Shown here in pieces: positions 61,748 to 64,000 of a stretch of 64,000 nucleotides of DNA (within the stretch, counting starts at the first letter, position 1; every line of letters begins with the position of its first letter). The notes under the pieces were generated by a model. It was not told the origin of the DNA. It was given only the letters and a program-made list of their open reading frames with translations, and made no database searches. Both the position numbers and the translations under genes were made by a program. Source of the DNA: Klebsormidium nitens (taxonomy: Eukaryota > Plantae > Klebsormidiophyceae); assembly GCA_000708835.1 (NCBI GenBank), contig DF237267.1:39284-103283 (forward strand), in the 5' to 3' direction.

Positions 61748-63030
61748 CTAGGCGCAGCCACACTGTGAGAGGACACGCTGGTCACTTCTGGGCAGCGCGC
61801 CGAGTGACCCGTTAATTGCCCCGGGCATGACGCAGTAGTTGCTCAACCGGTTGTTCCCGCCCCGGGCCTGCGCGTGCATGTGATCCATCTCGGCATCGAT
61901 CCGCTTGGAGAACCCGAGGCCGAATCCCCGGGTTTTCAGAGCGTTCCAGGTACTCCTCGTGGACATCTCCCGGTTGCCGACTTCTGCAGGACGTGGACAG
62001 ACCGCCCGCCAGTTAGAGGACAACAGACTGTGACCATCTTATTCGAAAAGCTGCAACTCAATGGATGAAGTCGGACATCAAGTATGGGTCTTCGTGAGCT
62101 AGTCTCGATGCTGAGTACCTTGTAACCTCTTGCTTCTTGCTTTTGAGCGTCCCACCATGAAAGTTGCCCCGTCTTTTGGCCGTGTATGTTTTGTTCCAGC
62201 AGAGTATTATGAGCGGTCCGGCGCGACTGTTTCTTCTCAGCACTGTTTTGGTGGCGTGGCTGGGGGTTACACCAGATGCACGACCTTTACAGCGAGACGA
62301 ACATTTTCCCAATCTCCTTTGAAAGAAGGAAGGTCATCGTTCAATGCTGAGATGCGTTCAATCATTCCTAAGCCCGGCCAAGTACTCAGAAACTGAGTAC
62401 CTCAAACTGAGTCTTTCCTAACAGCCTTCAAGCTTTACAAGTAATGATTCTCAACAAGTTTGTCGACCTATACAATGCATATTGTAGTGGCAAAGACAAC
62501 AACTGTACATGTTCACAGGAAAATGCAGACACGTTCTCAACTCCTTGCTTGACACGGCCTAGACTCCTCAAAGGTCTGCCGACGAAAATACTCCAGAAAG
62601 CCTCTTTGAAGCATTGAGCAGCTCGTGCTTTACGCGATGCAGGTTGTCCCTCTGGAAAGTTTGTAGCTGTCTGGTTCGGACACGTAAGCTCACCAGCTCG
62701 CAACAGCCGCAAACCAACGCTGTTCGTCTCCCTGATCAGCTTCATGTCTCGCGCTGACACTTCCACGCACCGCTGCACGCCGCACAGCGTTGTCGGACCT
62801 TCTTGCCTCCTCGACGTGCCACGTGGCGGCTCCTCCCGAGCCCTGGTCAAGTACTCGCACGTCCGTATGTTGTGGCCTTCCAAACCGCAGTTGCTACAGT
62901 GCCGTCCTACAGAAGATCTGCTGTCCGGAATCGGGCGGCGAACGGAACTAGACTGGGAGGACTTTGGACGCGCGCCGCCGCCGCAGGTCCGTCTGTTGTG
63001 GCCCTCTTGGCCGCATATGCCGCAGGCCAT
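61748..63030 (-). CDS. Small protein with two CCHC zinc knuckles and a C-terminal HNH/HNN endonuclease-like motif
   Basis: ATG at 63030 is preceded by an in-frame TAG. CGICGQEGHNRRTC and CSNCGLEGHNIRTC fit CX2CX4HX4C. Donor G|GTGAGC after 62694 is phase-compatible with acceptor CTGCAG|AA at 61983, giving 573 nt/190 aa containing DHMHAQARGGNNRLSNYCVMPGAINGSLG. A symmetric middle exon 62284-62156 is possible. Knuckles are certain; splicing and the HNH call are inference. Confidence 0.7.
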
Positions 63031-64000
63031 TGCTAGCTAGCTGAATCTACAAAAGAAGGGGGGAATAGACTCGGCTGTGTTGAGGAACCAGGGATGCTGA
63101 GCAGTTGAGCCTTGGGACGGGCTCCAGCTCGGGAAATGCAGTCAAAAGCGGCGCACAAGTGAAAAAGGTGCAGACGTCTGCAGAATGGCAGGAAGAACTG
63201 GGCTATTCTGAAGAAGCCTTCAGTTCGCGCTTTTGGAACTTGCTGTAAGGGTATCAGCTGGTTCTTCGGAAGCTCGCAAGGCTGTCCATATTGTGAGGTT
63301 CAGGCTAGGACCTACGCTCTTCATGATCAAGAACAGTGGATTGGCAGTGGCTTTAACACTATGTCATGGGTACAGTGTGAGTAATATACCACGACAAGTA
63401 TGGATAGTGGTCTTTGAGAAGTCAACGAAGTAGAAGTCTTTGGAGCAACCATCCGACAAAGACCTGTGGTAATGCCCAAGTCTGCATGACTCAAGCGGCT
63501 CATGTCTCAGTCACGTACTGCACGTGCACCGGGCTTTCTTCCATGTCAACCGTGCAGTCAGCCGGGTCTGGCCGGAGCCGTTACTTAAGTAGGATTTGAC
63601 CAACGGCTGCAGCCATGAGTACATGGCGCTTACCCTTTCAGAAAACAAGCAATAGAATCGTACTGTTTCATCAGCAGTAAAATAGGTAACCCTTGAGCAA
63701 CCGCGTAGTGGTTCCTTGGATTGTTTCCGATGCTTCCGTCAATCATAACCTGGCTCTTCCATCTGGCATCAGCATTCAAGCAGCATTTGAGCATTTCCAT
63801 GCCTCAGTAACGCTGGCGCTCTAACCGACCTTGAAACCTTGGGTGCGTACAGACCCCGGCGAGTCTGCTCAATCAGGAGAGGACGCCTTTGACCTCTGAG
63901 ACTTCAAGAGGATGCATTATGCGCCCCTCCCTCGCAGGGCAGCTAGTGATTGGCCACGTGACGCAGCTTTTTGTGCCGTCAGTACCATCATTCCGTAAGG

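Overview
Intron-rich eukaryotic nuclear DNA, not prokaryotic. The gene set points to a ciliated streptophyte alga; Klebsormidium-like is an inference, not a database result. Four genes were spliced by hand. (1) A PAO/TIC55/PTC52-family Rieske oxygenase with a probable plastid transit peptide (minus, <1..6526, 10 exons, 3' end off the window). (2) A NUDT3-type Nudix-DPP III fusion (plus, 8169..20286, 21 exons). (3) A complete cytoplasmic dynein-2 heavy chain (plus, 25772..61173, 52 exons, 12,999 nt, about 4,330 aa). (4) A small minus-strand gene (61748..63030) joining two CCHC zinc knuckles to an exactly spaced HNH/HNN nuclease-like motif, the best candidate for something undescribed. Dynein introns hold at least 12 degenerate 'echo' copies of adjacent exon sequence at 8 exons, mostly including the splice site. 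Their differences look biased toward synonymous positions, and one is a stop-free, in-frame AG..GT unit. A decayed multi-exon gene probably lies at about 21.3-23.1 kb. No rRNA, tRNA, CRISPR array or intact transposon was recognised.
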